Below, in pieces: positions 61,607 to 64,000 of a DNA stretch of 64,000 bases (position 1 is the first letter of the stretch; the number at the start of each line of letters is the position of its first letter). The notes under the pieces were generated by a model. The model had not been told where the DNA came from. It ran no database searches and worked only from the letters and a program-made list of their open reading frames with translations. Location of the stretch: positions 186,001 through 250,000 of the forward strand of contig JASANG010000295.1 in assembly GCA_030248215.1 (NCBI GenBank), read 5' to 3'. Both the position numbers and the translations under genes were made by a program. This DNA is from Enoplolaimus lenunculus (Eukaryota).

Positions 61607-64000
61607 CAGTTATTTTGTTGCGTTTACTTTAATTTATGCAAAACCGGACCCGTGTTAACTACAGGAGCCTGCCCCCTGCGATTGGGAGGTTTAGGCTCAT
61701 TATTTTGGCCAGGCTAAGACTTTCTCAACAGTCGGTGCGGGCTGAAACCCGTATTTACTATAAAGCACCCTTAACTCAGAATATACAGAAATTCGTATCA
61801 GCATACAACTGGAAGTCTGCCTCCGGCTCCGGCATTTTCAAATCCGGTGACACCCAGATATATATTATTAAGGAGCCTAGACATTTGGTTCAAGATTGTT
61901 TTAGCTTAAGGATTCCTGTCAAAAATTAAAAAGTACATTGTATTAAAAGCCTATCGTGTTTCACACAGCATCCGTCAAAACGCTTATTTGCAAGTAAATC
62001 TATATGAACAGCGTAGAAGACAGTCCCTCCTTTGAATTTTAGGCACAAATTCATTTAGCAAAATGCAGATTAGAAGTGATAACAATCTGTATTAGCTTCA
62101 AATTGGATTGTTAACGTAATGCGAGAAATGAGGCATAGTTAATAAAATTTTGTACCATTTTACTAATCATATAAAAGCAAAAAACCAGCACTGAACAAAA
62201 TTGTACTACACCAATATAATAATCCACCAGGCATATATGAAAACATGAAACGAAATTGCTGCCTACTGATTAATGAACTGAATAAACAGAATTGAGTAGT
62301 AATTTAAATTATCAAACGCTCTTAATTATACTCGCCAAGCGAGCATTTTGCTCCGAAATTTGTGTTTGCGTTTCCCTCTGACAGAAAGTTGTTAACAAAA
62401 ACGTTAAGCCAAAACGCGTTTATTCACAAGCAAACATTCGATCAACATTGCACTTCTCGTTATACATGTTTCATTTCAGTCTCTAAAACGGCGATTCTAC
62501 GCAATTCCAGAGTCCAAAATCAGCAAAGGTGCAACCGTAGGTCTTCCATGTGCACATTGAAACGGATTGTAGCACCGTGCTAATTTGTGAATCAGTTCTT
62601 CACACTGCAAATTCGACAACATGGCACCAAACTTGATGGCACCTTAAACCTTAATGAAAAGTGCAAATCAAAATTGCCGCTAGTGGCATATTATTATAAT
62701 ATACCTAATGCAAACTAAAACACGAGTAAAAATACCAGCATTTACGGCGCTTAAATAAAAAACAAGACAGAGGCTTGCTGTGTTTAATAGAATGAGGCAA
62801 GCTATCTGTAAATCAATTTTTCAATGCAACACCGCACCATGTGTTAAACAAAACTTAGGAGGGGTAAAAATTGAGAATGAAAGTATGTTTTACCCCAAAT
62901 TGAATGTGAAATACAACTTTGACAGCTTGCGCGAACGCTGATTCAAACTTAAGAAACTCTAGGCGAATACTAAAACAAACACAGTCAAATCTAACTCACA
63001 ACGGCAAGCTTTGTAACACAATGTTTCTTGAATAGTATGTGGCAGCGTAGGCATAGACCCGTGACAACCTTGTATCATCTGAAATTTTTAGTTCTCCTCA
63101 ATGTAACGCAAAATATGTTAAGTGAAATTAAACTATTTGACAATATAAAAGGCGAGCAGTGTTGCGGTATCAAGGGCGTTGTCATAAGCTAAGAGGTCAG
63201 TCACCCCTAGTTGTGATTTTTGTCCAGCAGTTGTGATTTTTTATCAAGTAGAAACACAAGAAAATTTGTTCAAAAATTTGGCCCCCACAACATAGATCAG
63301 GGGCGGACCGTTTTTTCTTGGGACTGCAATAGAGTATGTTTACGTTCGACACTAATTTTTTGGCTAGGCTTAGGATAATAGGCTTGCCCTTACGCTTATT
63401 CTTAGACTTAGGAATATGCTTATGCTACTGCTACGACCCTGTTCGATACAATGACCCAAATTTTTATTCAGCATAAGCCTCTCTTCCCAAAACCCGTCTT
63501 CGTCCATGTTATAGTCGCGGCAATTGCAAGCATTACATCCAGCGAACATATGTAGAATATGAATCATTACTTAGTTAATGTTCAATCGCAATTTAAACCA
63601 GCCAATTTAATTTTACAGCAAAACTTACCACCACAATTTCTTGAACTATCCTTTGTGTATCTTTAGTCAGCAAGTCTAAATCACCATTACGCCTTTCATA
63701 CAGACACGTTGGCACTGCGGTCAACTGAATACTGGTTCTACACTTGTTATTAAAACTGAATCCACATCGTTCTAAAAATAAAAATACACAGAAAACTTTA
63801 TTATACAAAAATGCATCAGAAAGTAAAGATTTTGAAATTGATATTATATTCAAGAAATATACCGTTTCAAATGCGAAACTAATACCGACTGTCGGTTGTT
63901 TTTAACGCAATCGCTCCCAAACACGAATTATACTAATCGTGATTTACCATCACCATTATCGCATCTGAAGTCAAGATTGCGTAGTGATAAATCGCGAATG

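Overview
AT-rich, intron-containing eukaryotic DNA, most likely from a nematode (inferred from TTTTCAG-type acceptors, abundant degenerate TTAGGC repeats and an UNC-49-like protein). Three genes are supported. (1) A minus-strand claudin-like tetraspan gene (1853 to beyond the window start). (2) The 3' half of a plus-strand two-pore (K2P/TWK) potassium channel (exons 5376-10432). Its first pore domain is not found in the window, so the claudin-like gene is probably nested in one of its introns. (3) A compound unc-49-like GABA-gated chloride channel locus (~35.2-61.6 kb). Here one shared N-terminal exon set, ending at the Cys-loop, is followed by FOUR tandem, splice-phase-compatible C-terminal cassettes (loop B/F/C exon, M1-M3 exon, M4 exon); C. 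elegans unc-49 has three. The cassettes differ at drug-relevant residues (M2 2' Ser/Ser/Ala/Ser; M3 Met/Gly/Ile/Ile). Cassettes 2 and 4 share a 123-nt perfect-identity tract over M1-M2, and decoy exon starts precede two of the M1-M3 exons. The rest is rich in MITEs, telomere-like-repeat elements and a probable tRNA-derived SINE. All exon structures were deduced by eye from splice consensus and phase, without transcript data.
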